Source: a virus
Lineage: Duplodnaviria; Heunggongvirae; Uroviricota; Caudoviricetes
IMG/VR virus record: IMGVR_UViG_3300046518_000157
Span: 24,398 to 88,397 of that record
Reading direction: 5' to 3' (one strand)
Length of the DNA stretch: 64,000 nt
In this document: positions 1 to 8,699 of the stretch, in pieces
How positions within the stretch are numbered: position 1 is the first letter of the stretch
Layout: each line of letters opens with the position of its first letter
Notes under the pieces: generated by a model
Told to the model about the DNA's origin: nothing
Database searches by the model: none
What the model saw: only the letters and a program-made list of their open reading frames with translations
Translations under genes and position numbers: made by a program

Positions 1-662
1 AGCTTTGCAGCAGTCTCTGAAAGCCACACGTTATCTTCTACACCATTCCAAGTCTTAATGTAATACTCTCTATTTGAGTAAGCATCTGGACTGTAGATAC
101 CTTTCTTATACCCGTTTTTCCAACGAAGTTGATTCAGACAAACCTTGCCTACGAATAGAGCGTAAAAGTCTGAGATAGTCAACTTCAATGCAGAAACTAC
201 GTCGAAGAAGGAGTATAAAAGTTGACTGAAGAACGTCCCTTTTACAGCATGAACATCATAGTCTTCATCTCCTCGATTAGTATTCTTCTCGTTATCGTAA
301 TCGAGAATATCTGAGATGAGACACTTGATACGACGCTTAAGATACGCTACATCAATTTCACCACTGAAGTTTTTATAATCAGAATGGATCTTGACATGTT
401 TCTCAAAGATATTTTCATAACCTTCCGCCATTACTTCACTAAACAAGAAGTGACCTACATCAACGATTTCAAGCTTGACTTGATCCCAGTCGATCTTACG
501 GTCAATAGCACGCCACCATTCCCAGTTCAAATGGTTATATGCTTCGGTAGCCTCAGTGAACATTGCGTCCGGATAGGGCCAACCCTTTTCTTTCCACTCA
601 AGGCTGAGTTTCTGATTGAGAGTTTCTTGGATGGAGAGAAAGTTTTGAGCGATGCTTGTCAT
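1..662 (-). CDS. Hypothetical protein; start ATG at 660-662 and the 3' end runs off the window. All-alpha, possibly a MazG/dimeric-dUTPase-like NTP pyrophosphatase.
   Basis: Hand translation of the minus strand gives an uninterrupted ORF from 662 to position 1 (MTSIAQNFLSIQETLNQKLSLEWKEKGWPYPDAMFTEATEAYNHLNWEWW...). It is absent from the ORF track only because it has no stop inside the window. The listed plus ORF 384..665 lies entirely inside it on the opposite strand. Confidence 0.4.
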   Translation of the reverse strand, partial: MTSIAQNFLSIQETLNQKLSLEWKEKGWPYPDAMFTEATEAYNHLNWEWWRAIDRKIDWDQVKLEIVDVGHFLFSEVMAEGYENIFEKHVKIHSDYKNFSGEIDVAYLKRRIKCLISDILDYDNEKNTNRGDEDYDVHAVKGTFFSQLLYSFFDVVSALKLTISDFYALFVGKVCLNQLRWKNGYKKGIYSPDAYSNREYYIKTWNGVEDNVWLSETAAK

Positions 663-665
663 TGA

Positions 666-1358
666 TTATTTACCGTCTTCTGAATTGCTGAGAAACGTAG
701 TTCTAACGCCAGTGATGTTATCACCGAACGTTGTTGTTTCTTGTGGCATTCCGGGAAAGTCACCGGCACGATAGGGTTGACCAGGCAAGCCAACTGTTGG
801 AGCTGGTTGATATGGAATATAAGGCTGCGTTATAGGAACTACAGGTGCAGGCTGTACAACCGGATTTTTGTTGAGTTCAGCCTGAATTTCGATAAGTTCT
901 CTTTCTATGTTCAGGAAGAGTTGAGTAACGAAATTCTTTACAGTAGCGTCAGTTACGATGCTAAGCAAGTATTTATACTCTGTAATCTTTTTCTTTAGCT
1001 CGATTAGGCGTTGTTGAGCTGATAATGGAGCAACTGTTGGAGCCATGTTAATTGTTAGTTGATCTAGAGGCGATGGAGTCTTTGGACCGATTGTAGGATA
1101 CACCGGTGTTTGGATGATCCCTGTTACGGCTTGGTTAGGGCTGAGCTTATTGAAGTCTTCTACTAACTCTTTCAAAGACTTTGTTTTATTACCATTAGCA
1201 TCAATGCTTATGCGACGCTGTTTTCTTTCTTCTTCTGAGAGTTCTACCATTTGCTTTCTCACTTCCGTCATGTCTACATGGCCAAGAGACCATTCTTCAT
1301 AATTGGAAAGAGGGCTTTCGCCCTCAATCTTATCCGAACTTCTTTTTAAGATCTTCAT
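666..1358 (-). CDS. Hypothetical protein, Pro/Gln-rich middle region
   Basis: 230-aa ORF co-oriented with all neighbouring genes; no recognisable motif. Confidence 0.5.
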   Translation of the reverse strand: MKILKRSSDKIEGESPLSNYEEWSLGHVDMTEVRKQMVELSEEERKQRRISIDANGNKTKSLKELVEDFNKLSPNQAVTGIIQTPVYPTIGPKTPSPLDQLTINMAPTVAPLSAQQRLIELKKKITEYKYLLSIVTDATVKNFVTQLFLNIERELIEIQAELNKNPVVQPAPVVPITQPYIPYQPAPTVGLPGQPYRAGDFPGMPQETTTFGDNITGVRTTFLSNSEDGK

Positions 1359-1623
1359 ACTGCTTACGTTCTATTTCTTCTCGATTCTTAGCATAAAAAG
1401 CTTCTTGTTCAAGCCTACTCTTATACTCGTCATCGGTTTCGTCACGATGTACGTCTACGTAGAAATATACTTCCTCATTGTAGTCAGTGGTCCATTCAAT
1501 AGTAGACTCAGGGCCATACTTCGCTTCTAGACTCTGAAAGAATTTAACTGCTTCACTAGTCTTGCCAATAAAATCGTACTTACTGAAATCTTCTACGTTT
1601 TCAGAAATTTTTCTTTTCGTCAT
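1330..1623 (-). CDS. Hypothetical protein
   Basis: 97-aa ORF, co-oriented and tightly packed with flanking genes. Confidence 0.45.
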   Translation of the reverse strand: MTKRKISENVEDFSKYDFIGKTSEAVKFFQSLEAKYGPESTIEWTTDYNEEVYFYVDVHRDETDDEYKSRLEQEAFYAKNREEIERKQYEDLKKKFG

Positions 1624-1780
1624 TGCTCTGAAGCTTTAAGAACTTCTTTAATCAAATTAAAAACAGCGTCATCATTAACAACAGTCTCAGTCCATGAATC
1701 TTCATACCAAGACCGTTCACGACGCATTGTAAGATTGTTTCTGTGAGTATTTATAAACTCTTTTATGTCTTTGTCGCTAA

Positions 1781-2338
1781 TCATCGATTCTGACTTTCAC
1801 ATTCACCGAGCAGGCCTGCATATGCTGCGAGATCAACATAATCATCACGGTTATACTTACCATTACGACTACGTACAATCTTCAACACAACAAGGAACAT
1901 CCAAGCATCAGCCTCGTTAATGTTGTGACCGGTAATTGCATTAAACACTTCTGCAATCTTGGCCGCTGTGCGTTCCCCACCTTCTGCATCACGCAATGCT
2001 GCACGTTGCTTCATTGTGTTTGAAGCTTCGTCAAGAAAGCTGTGTGCGCTTTGCTTGTCAGGCTGAGGTTCTTTCTTTAGTTCCTTGATAAATGCTTGAG
2101 TTGCTAAATCAGGAACTTCTGTTGCTGGGAAGGATGGAAGTGGAGCAGCCTTGATCTTATTCTCAATAGGATTAGTCTCAACACCAATCTTACTGAGACG
2201 TCTCTCCATTGCTTCCATATCTTTTCGTACTTGTGCTTCTTGTGATTCTGAAAGCTTTACAACGTGCTCTACATCTTCAGGGTTTGAGTATAGAGCACGT
2301 GCCCAATCTACTGCGGTTGTCTTAAGTGGTTCTGTCAT
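1781..2338 (-). CDS. Hypothetical protein
   Basis: 185-aa ORF whose 3' end overlaps the next gene by 4 nt (ATGA-type coupling with 2335..2844). Confidence 0.5.
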   Translation of the reverse strand: MTEPLKTTAVDWARALYSNPEDVEHVVKLSESQEAQVRKDMEAMERRLSKIGVETNPIENKIKAAPLPSFPATEVPDLATQAFIKELKKEPQPDKQSAHSFLDEASNTMKQRAALRDAEGGERTAAKIAEVFNAITGHNINEADAWMFLVVLKIVRSRNGKYNRDDYVDLAAYAGLLGECESQNR

Positions 2339-2844
2339 GCTAGTTGTGGTTCGTTTGGTTCACTCGGAGTTTCCTCCGGTTCGTTAAGTTTTTCAATTTC
2401 AGTATCATACCAAATCGCTGCGATCAGAGGAAGTGCGGAACCGTAATTTTCGTCTTCCATCAAGTCCATAGCGTCTTTGATACAATTCATATCAGCCCAT
2501 TTGAGAATCTCAGGATCTGAATCCATGAGAAGTTTCTCAACTTCACGGCTGAAAGCGTTACCAATGATCTCTTGCTTACGACTACTAGGAATCGTCTTCA
2601 TAAACGAGTTAGTGATCTCGTCTTGAATACTCGTTTCTTCGCTAGCAATTTGATTGCCAATCGTAACATACGCATCCCGGCGATGCACGTAACCCATCAC
2701 CTTGACCTTCTCTTCCATATCTTCGAAATGCTGAGTGTAGAGATCAAATGCGTTTTTACATTGATACTTATCGAGATACGGCTGAATCTGCGTGGTAAGG
2801 AATTTGATGTTACCAGCGATCATTTGTTGAATTTTGCTATACAT
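2335..2844 (-). CDS. Hypothetical protein
   Basis: 169-aa ORF; its start overlaps the stop of the upstream DHH gene. Confidence 0.5.
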   Translation of the reverse strand: MYSKIQQMIAGNIKFLTTQIQPYLDKYQCKNAFDLYTQHFEDMEEKVKVMGYVHRRDAYVTIGNQIASEETSIQDEITNSFMKTIPSSRKQEIIGNAFSREVEKLLMDSDPEILKWADMNCIKDAMDLMEDENYGSALPLIAAIWYDTEIEKLNEPEETPSEPNEPQLA

Positions 2845-3701
2845 TATTCACTCCACCATTCGTCGTTAAGGATATGTTCAAGAATCTTGAAACCAACTCT
2901 ACAACCAGCAGCGTTGGGATGCCCGCCACCGCCTAGTGCTTTACATAGATCAGCTACGTTAACGCCACTATCTTTATGTGAGCGCATTGACAACACTACA
3001 TCATTGTCTTTGGTAATGAACCACATAATCGCAAGATCAACGTTAAGCGTTTTGTCTTCACAGATTGCTGCACCCTTCTCAGAGATGAACTCACCTGTGT
3101 TTAGAATCCCTGCTTGATACTTATCAAAGTTCACTACCCTGACTGTCTTTGGCACTGCTGCTTCAACGATTTGTTTCTGTTGTTGGAGCAAAGTGTTACC
3201 GATGTCGATAAGCTTTGGCAGTTCTTCTTCCTGCTCAGCATAGTTGTTCCATGCATCCATACGGCCTTTGAGAAGCCCAAGCCCTGAATGCACTGCTGCA
3301 CTTAGAGGAAACTTGAACTTCCACAAGTCACGGTCCTGAACGTACTGAAGCAACATCGGAACAGGGTCGTCGGGATGGAAATATTCCCAGGCTAGCACTG
3401 CCCCAGACTTGGTCATATCGAAGACCACGTCAGAAAGGCCTAGGAGGGCCTCCTGAGCAGTGGCGTGATGGTCGATGACTACTACCCTCTTGCAGCGGCT
3501 CCTGAGTGCCTCTAAAGCCGTCCTGGGCATACTGAAGTCTAACATGAATACCTCAGTGTAACTCGTCTGAGGAAAATCGGGTAGATTTTGACCATACTGA
3601 CAAGCATGGTATTCAGCATTGTCACCAAACTTCTTCCAAGCTGCGTAACGTGCACCCGTGCCATCCATGCATGAAGCATGGTAAAGAATTACTGTATTCA
3701 T
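2844..3701 (-). CDS. DHH-family phosphoesterase (NrnA/RecJ-like; candidate nanoRNase or pAp phosphatase)
   Basis: DHH motif VVIDHHATAQ and DHHA1-type GGGGHPNAAG motif near the C-terminus. Confidence 0.7.
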   Translation of the reverse strand: MNTVILYHASCMDGTGARYAAWKKFGDNAEYHACQYGQNLPDFPQTSYTEVFMLDFSMPRTALEALRSRCKRVVVIDHHATAQEALLGLSDVVFDMTKSGAVLAWEYFHPDDPVPMLLQYVQDRDLWKFKFPLSAAVHSGLGLLKGRMDAWNNYAEQEEELPKLIDIGNTLLQQQKQIVEAAVPKTVRVVNFDKYQAGILNTGEFISEKGAAICEDKTLNVDLAIMWFITKDNDVVLSMRSHKDSGVNVADLCKALGGGGHPNAAGCRVGFKILEHILNDEWWSE

Positions 3702-4561
3702 AGCTGAATCATGTCTGAGTCTGAGGTGATCAACTCACCATCAAAATATACCTCTGCTTCTACCGTGATTTCGCCATCTGATTCCTGAACGCTAAGACGC
3801 AGATCAAGACTCTCCTTAATGAGATCTCTGAGCATAGTCTTCAACTGTGATTCAGTAACAGTGAGCGGGGCTTCACTAACCGGTTCTCCAAAGATAGCAT
3901 TAGTGCCATTGGTAGAATTGCCGTTAGTGTAGTAGAAACTTCTATTCGTCGTGGTAGCAGGGGCAGCTGCCCACATACCTCCTCCAGTTGTAGCTGCTGA
4001 TGCAGCTGCTACTGTTGCGTACTCAATAGCTCCATTGGCATCATTCCCAAAAAGTCTACGAGTGGGACCTTCTTGGTTTAACCAGTCCTGTATAGCTATG
4101 CCAGCAGTTGCGCGGGCAGCATCAAAACCAACATGAACTGCAGCTAAAGATGGATGAACTCCATCCATAGTAGGCTCTGTAGTAGGCTGACCACGAGCCT
4201 GACGTCTTTGATTCTCTTGTTGCCTCAGACGTTGATCTGGGCGTTGATTCCACTGTGCCATGTCATCATTTCCTAAGTGTTGATCTACTTCGTATCGTAT
4301 ATCTCTAACAATTAACTCTGCGAAATCGGGCGATTCTCTACGTTGTAGAAAGAGAGGAACATGAGTTTGAACATAAAAGTACTCGATCGTACCTACCAGC
4401 CTAAATTGACATCTAATTGTATTAGAAGGCTCTGCTACATTGCCTGACCCTGCTAAATTAGGCAGTATTTGAATTTGTACAAAATTTACTCCCCTTGGAT
4501 ACCCGCGATAAGCCTCAGCGAGTAGATTTGATAAATCACTAACTACTTCTCGTATGTCCAC
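3698..4561 (-). CDS. Hypothetical protein
   Basis: 287-aa ORF with an Ala/Thr/Gly-rich central segment; no recognised motif. Confidence 0.5.
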   Translation of the reverse strand: MDIREVVSDLSNLLAEAYRGYPRGVNFVQIQILPNLAGSGNVAEPSNTIRCQFRLVGTIEYFYVQTHVPLFLQRRESPDFAELIVRDIRYEVDQHLGNDDMAQWNQRPDQRLRQQENQRRQARGQPTTEPTMDGVHPSLAAVHVGFDAARATAGIAIQDWLNQEGPTRRLFGNDANGAIEYATVAAASAATTGGGMWAAAPATTTNRSFYYTNGNSTNGTNAIFGEPVSEAPLTVTESQLKTMLRDLIKESLDLRLSVQESDGEITVEAEVYFDGELITSDSDMIQL

Positions 4562-4565
4562 ATTT

Positions 4566-4931
4566 CTATACCGTGTATTCTATTGATTCAATTCCTGCCT
4601 GTTTGATAGCCATCATGCATACGGGACAGGGCTTAGCCAGTCTAAGTTCACCAGCGTTACCTACCCTTACGACTACTATCTTGGCAGGGATTCCATTCTT
4701 TACTTTTACTAAAGCAGCTACCTCAGCATGTAGCCAGTGACGATGACTGTTCCCAGTCTTCTTAGCTAACTCAGCCTGTCGAGGATGAGTCTTCACATAT
4801 GAGTTAGTTCCAGTGGCTAAAATTTTGCCCTTGCGATCAAGCACCGCTGCTGCTATTCGATACCTACCTGTTTCTGGTTGAGCTGAGTCAAGAGCCAACC
4901 TTTTAAGTTTTTCTATAAGTCTACTACTCAT
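4566..4931 (-). CDS. CMP/dCMP-type zinc deaminase (dCMP deaminase or TadA-like)
   Basis: HAEVAAL (H-A-E zinc ligand) and PCPVCMMAI (P-C-x-x-C) motifs. Ends with a TAG stop codon. Confidence 0.65.
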   Translation of the reverse strand: MSSRLIEKLKRLALDSAQPETGRYRIAAAVLDRKGKILATGTNSYVKTHPRQAELAKKTGNSHRHWLHAEVAALVKVKNGIPAKIVVVRVGNAGELRLAKPCPVCMMAIKQAGIESIEYTV

Positions 4932-4978
4932 GGTTTACCCTACTGTGCGTCTCCCTTATACCAAGGATTCGCAAGAAA

Positions 4979-4994
4979 CTGGACACATGTCCAG
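4979..4994. promoter_or_regulatory. Perfect 16-bp palindrome ctggacacatgtccag (operator-like)
   Basis: Read directly from the sequence; a second near-identical palindrome lies at 5512-5527. Confidence 0.5.
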
Positions 4995-5511
4995 AAATGT
5001 CCGTTTTCATTGAAACGAGAAAACGTATATAGAACAATGAGTTATAGCACTGCTGTCCAATTTGTCCAGAAACTTTTTAGAAAACTGGACAGGCTCTAAG
5101 CCTTTGTATATAAGGCTCACAGCGATTTTGTCCAGTTTTTTTCACTTTTTTCTAAAAACCATACCTCACTTTCTATTAGAAATAAAAAACTAGCAAAAAG
5201 GTTACCTCACCCTCTTATATATAAATATATTTTTTAAAAGTTCAAATATAAATATATATATAGTACCCCCATATTCCTGGACTGTTAGGGTGAACCCTAT
5301 GTTGTTACTTTTTTGTTTTTTTATTTATCAAATAGAAAGTGAGGTATGGTTTTTGGAAAAAAGGCCAAAAAACTGGACAATCGGGCTCTCAGCCTTATGC
5401 AGCAAGGGTTTCAGCTGTCCAGTTTTTTTTAGAGAAATTGGACAAACTGGACACGCTCCCCGCAAACCCTTTGTTTATAAGGCTCTAAGGTTTTTGGACA
5501 AAATGAGATTT

Positions 5512-5527
5512 CTGGACATGTGTCCAG
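5512..5527. promoter_or_regulatory. Second perfect 16-bp palindrome ctggacatgtgtccag
   Basis: Read directly from the sequence. Confidence 0.5.
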
Positions 5528-5543
5528 TTTTTTCTCAGAAGGC

Positions 5544-5570
5544 TAAAAAAAGCCGAGTCGAAACCCGGCT
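5544..5570 (-). terminator. Rho-independent terminator downstream of rsr
   Basis: Hairpin agccgag-tcgaaac-ccggct followed, on the minus strand, by a T7 run. Confidence 0.6.
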
Positions 5571-5593
5571 TTTACTTACTACAACCTTTCAAC

Positions 5594-7252
5594 TTACAGG
5601 TTGCCAGCAATGAATTCCGAAATGAACCTCGGAGTTGCAGTATCGAAACCAACCACGTCAAGCATATTGCGGTCAGTCGGATCAGCAATGCTGAAGTTGT
5701 TCACAGCCATACCAACCGTGATCAGCTTAGCTTCAGGCTTGTTCATACCCTGACGATACTTGCGTACCGCTTGGAACACGTGTTGGCCGCCAGACCACGT
5801 TTCGTTATCCGTGTAAACACAGACAGCGTCAACGTCCCACTTATGTTGAAGCGCATACTCGAACGGCAATGCACAATTCGTACCACCGAAGTTGTGCGCA
5901 CGAACCTTACCACACGCCGTAGCCAAAGTATCTTTGGATGTGATCCCGAGATCCTTAAAGCCATTAGCGCCGCTCGTGAAACCACGGATCTCAGTCCACG
6001 GCTCTGTGCGAGCGGTGACCATAGCCATGATTGCCGTACCTTCAGCACAGCTCAACAGAGGCGTATTGCTGATCGGAGCACTCATTGAACCCGATACATC
6101 CAGGCCCAACAGAATGTTCTTACCGGACGGCTCTATCGCTTCAAACGAAACATAGAACGCATCTTCCAGATCAGCCACAATGGTACGGGCCGGAGTCCAT
6201 ACGAGTGAACCCTTATCGCCACGGCCTTGCGCGTAGATCTTCTGCGCAACTACGATTGACATCGGATGCAGACGTTCCTTGCGGATGGCTTCAACATCGT
6301 GGAGCTTGGCAGATACAATCTTGCTCGTTTCCGAGAAAGGCTTGATCAAACCAACTGCCGTGAGCTTGTTCAGGTTACGAACCAGCGCACCCAGACCCAT
6401 GTGAGGCACAAGAGCTTCCCAAACCTTCGGGTCATTCTTCTGCTCATTCGGAATCATTTCGTGCGTGAGCTTGAAATCCTGGATCAGCTTAATCAATGTC
6501 TTCGTATCTGCAGTCTTGGCTTGCTCTGCAGCAATCAGAAGTTGAGGCACGAGATCGCCTTGCGACAGCGACTCTGCACCCTTGTTGATAAACTTGTACA
6601 GGTTCTGACGAACCGGATCGGTGCCAGGCTTGACGTGAGCCAGACGCATGATGTCCTTGTGGGACCAGCCGTCACGTTGCTTGTACTTTACGATCTGGAA
6701 CGCAAGCTTATCGGTATCCTTTGAGGAATACCAGTTCTGAACTACATTCTTGAGCGAACGGCCCCAACCACGCATACCGTTTGCGAATGCAACGAAGTGC
6801 ATGAAGTGCGTGCCAGTACGAGCCACGAGATTCAGCTTATCCTTCGCATACAGCTTGGTTGCCACGTCGCCGTGGGTGAAGACCAGAGCCATGACCAGAA
6901 GCGCATAGTCATTGTTCTTTGCACGGCCAGCTTGGCTGATCTCTACCACACGATCAACCACAACCTTGCCATTTGCCTTGATGAGCTTCACGATCTCATC
7001 AGTGTTCTGCTTCGTGATATCCTTTTCGCTAGCGTAGAACGTACCGCCGCTCGTGCCGATGATAAGGAATCGATCCAGCTTTTGAAGGCCAGAGATCTCA
7101 AATACAAAGCCGCCAGCGTTGTTCTTGACCTGAGCTACCGGAGCGTTGCCAGCCGGGCGATTCTGCGGCGTGGTACGTGCAACAGTACGGGTATTGGTAT
7201 TCTTTGCGAGGGTATTGAATGACATTTGAGGCTCCTTAAGTTTAGGGAACAA
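5594..7252 (-). CDS. rsr: Ro60/Rsr ortholog (TROVE domain plus C-terminal vWA domain)
   Basis: RFLIIGTSGGTFYASEKD...ISQAGRAKNNDYALLVMALV matches the Ro60 TROVE signature (human Ro60 FLCFGSEGGTYY...[20 protein letters not shown]). A vWA MIDAS motif (LLGLDVSGSM) is present. RBS GGAG sits upstream of the ATG. Confidence 0.8.
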   Translation of the reverse strand: MFPKLKEPQMSFNTLAKNTNTRTVARTTPQNRPAGNAPVAQVKNNAGGFVFEISGLQKLDRFLIIGTSGGTFYASEKDITKQNTDEIVKLIKANGKVVVDRVVEISQAGRAKNNDYALLVMALVFTHGDVATKLYAKDKLNLVARTGTHFMHFVAFANGMRGWGRSLKNVVQNWYSSKDTDKLAFQIVKYKQRDGWSHKDIMRLAHVKPGTDPVRQNLYKFINKGAESLSQGDLVPQLLIAAEQAKTADTKTLIKLIQDFKLTHEMIPNEQKNDPKVWEALVPHMGLGALVRNLNKLTAVGLIKPFSETSKIVSAKLHDVEAIRKERLHPMSIVVAQKIYAQGRGDKGSLVWTPARTIVADLEDAFYVSFEAIEPSGKNILLGLDVSGSMSAPISNTPLLSCAEGTAIMAMVTARTEPWTEIRGFTSGANGFKDLGITSKDTLATACGKVRAHNFGGTNCALPFEYALQHKWDVDAVCVYTDNETWSGGQHVFQAVRKYRQGMNKPEAKLITVGMAVNNFSIADPTDRNMLDVVGFDTATPRFISEFIAGNL

Positions 7253-7265
7253 AGTTTAAATCGAC

Positions 7266-7305
7266 TAAAAAAAGAAGGTCTGAATCCAAGATGGAAACAG
7301 ACCTT
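7266..7305 (-). terminator. Rho-independent terminator at the 3' end of the tRNA-like ncRNA block
   Basis: 9-bp stem gaaggtctg/cagaccttc followed, on the minus strand, by a T7 run. Confidence 0.55.
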
Positions 7306-7689
7306 CGGGTACTTCTAACTTACCACATGTGGTGCTGAACTGGGGACATCTAGGGATCCTGGTTACCAGGGCCCTGGAGATGCTCCTCGTGCTCATCATC
7401 TCCGCTCCAGTAGAGGCGTAGCCGACACTGGGCGGAAAGCTATAACTTAGAGTTACTCTAAGCCAGCAATCTAACAACTGCTTGAGATACGTAAGTCTAG
7501 TGGTACTGCGGTCATGACCTGACCTCATGCTGGGCTGTAAAGCGACCCAGCGGATCTCCGGCTGTAGTGGAGTAGCGCAAGACGTAGCGCAGCGGAGTCT
7601 TGTGGTACGCAACGGAAGCGGGAAGTTGATACCTACAGAGTTACTCTATAGTCACTTTCCAAACTGCAAAGTTAAATACGAAAGGTCAT

Positions 7690-7835
7690 GATGGGGATAC
7701 GGGCAAAAGGCGTGCTAGAAGATTTTACGTGCTCTATCCGCTAAGCTATACAACCCTCAAGGCTGCAGTTGGATTCGAACCAACGCCACGACTTCCGAAT
7801 AGTGATAATCTAACACTAACGGCCCGTAAAGAGGA
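7690..7835 (-). ncRNA. Y-RNA-like tRNA mimic, unit 1 (permuted tRNA-like domain)
   Basis: Minus strand carries a T-arm (GTTGG-TTCGAAT-CCAAC, plus 7772-7790), then a closed 7-bp acceptor-like stem-loop (TGCAGCC-ttgag-GGTTGTA), then TA, then a D-arm (GCTT-AGCGGATA-GAGC, plus about 7735-7755). It is preceded by a GGGCCGTT...GATTATC element. Confidence 0.5.
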
Positions 7836-7899
7836 AGTGAGCAAATGAAAGTGATCTGGAGGAAATCTTAAAAGGATAATCCAAATCGAAACGGCTCAC

Positions 7900-8045
7900 A
7901 AAATTGAAGCTGAACAAAAGGCGTACTGGAATTTTTAGCGCTCTACCAACTGAGCTATGCGGCAACCCGTAAGGCAACCACAGAAGGACTCGAACCTTCG
8001 ACCTCTCTATTAACAGTAGATAAACCAATACAAGCGGTTCAGCGA
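7900..8045 (-). ncRNA. Y-RNA-like tRNA mimic, unit 2
   Basis: Minus strand carries a T-arm (GAAGG-TTCGAGT-CCTTC, plus 7988-8005), then an acceptor-like stem closed by an 11-nt loop (TGTGGTT...TGCCGCA), then TA, then a D-arm (GCTC-AGTTGGTAG-AGC, plus 7933-7960). There is no anticodon arm. Confidence 0.5.
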
Positions 8046-8289
8046 AACTGAGAAAACGAACAAATGTTTGCCAAGGGAGATACTGGATTCACCAGCTTAG
8101 CTTTAGCTCAAGCAGAGTACAACAATGTTAACCCTCTTGAAGTATCTCTCGTTTCCGAGTACTGCTGATACGACTGTCGTTTAACTTTCCGATAGTAGAT
8201 AACCCTTAATGCGTTCGGTTCGTTTGAAAATTGATACGGGCAAAGAAATGAAACTAGGGGAATCAGTAAGAGGGATAACCTAGCATCGA

Positions 8290-8445
8290 ACGGCCCGTGA
8301 AATGGGAATGGACAAGTAATCGAATGGATCTGGAATCGCTGTGTTTACCAATTTCACCAACCCCGCAACTGCAGCGGAGTACAGGACTCGAACCTGTAAT
8401 TTGCGATTTGGGTTTAGATAAACCATTCTATCGGTCCATGAACTT
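8290..8445 (-). ncRNA. Y-RNA-like tRNA mimic, unit 3
   Basis: Minus strand carries a GGACCGA...GGTTTATC 5' element, a T-arm (ACAGG-TTCGAGT-CCTGT, plus 8381-8400), a 7-bp closed acceptor-like hairpin (ACTCCGC-tgcagtt-GCGGGGT), then TG and a D-arm-like GTG-AAATTGGTAAA-CAC. The 3' tail can pair with the 5' element with an internal loop. Confidence 0.5.
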
Positions 8446-8566
8446 TAATTCAGGCACTGACTCTTTAGAATCAATGCGAGGATTAAAGCGAGGGTGAGCA
8501 AAAAGAATAATGCTGGGGAGTAATCACCAATTGATAACCCAACATAAGAACGGCTCACTAAGGTTA

Positions 8567-8575
8567 TTATACCAT
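8567..8575 (-). promoter_or_regulatory. Variant of the recurring promoter-like motif (minus aTGGTATAAt) inside the ncRNA block
   Basis: Resembles the TTGGTATAAG motif found upstream of most genes; oriented to drive minus-strand transcription through the tRNA-like modules. Confidence 0.35.
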
Positions 8576-8699
8576 TACTTCTTAAATTATTGAAAGCGAA
8601 TTTTGAACTGGAAGATTTTTTGGCAGATAATCCAATTCGACGGCTCTCGAAACTTTTACAACTATAAGCTTGAACACATTCTGTGCAGAACCTACGACG

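Larger units (their letters stand above)
4979..5527. repeat. Array of about 12 TGGACA/TGTCCAG half-sites in direct and inverted orientation, two ~25-bp direct repeats (cctttgt[a/t]tataaggctc at about 5101 and 5468) and an AT-rich stretch (5180-5270).
   Basis: Half-sites at about 4979, 4988, 4997, 5054, 5064, 5086, 5129, 5373, 5416, 5439, 5447, 5495, 5512 and 5521. The region is non-coding and sits between the deaminase start and the rsr stop. Confidence 0.55.
7805..8650 (-). repeat. Family of about 8 dispersed ~25-30-nt elements, consensus (minus strand) G[GA][GA]CCG[AT]T-N6-9-[TG]GG[ATG]TTATC
   Basis: Approximate copies at plus 7805-7830, 7880-7905, 8010-8040, 8185-8215, 8236-8262, 8405-8440, 8515-8545 and 8615-8650, each just 5' of a tRNA-like module where one exists. 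The motif resembles the conserved 5' strand of eukaryotic Y RNAs (GGUCCGA...GUGAGUUAUC), recalled from memory. Confidence 0.45.

Noticed and set aside
5743-7222. Internal and antisense ORFs (5743..6048, 5771..6088, 5892..6155, 6085..6345, 6797..7222) within the Rsr gene.
   Set aside because: All are embedded in the 552-aa Rsr ORF, which has strong homology signatures. They are off-frame artefacts.
7933-8005. Reading the GCCGCAT-A-GCTC-AGTTGGTAG-AGC segment (and the similar ones at 7772 and 8381) as ordinary tRNA genes.
   Set aside because: No anticodon arm follows the D-arm. The T-arm lies 5' of the D-arm on the same strand, and no complementary acceptor 3' strand exists in the canonical position. 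The order is permuted, so these are tRNA-like modules, not tRNAs.
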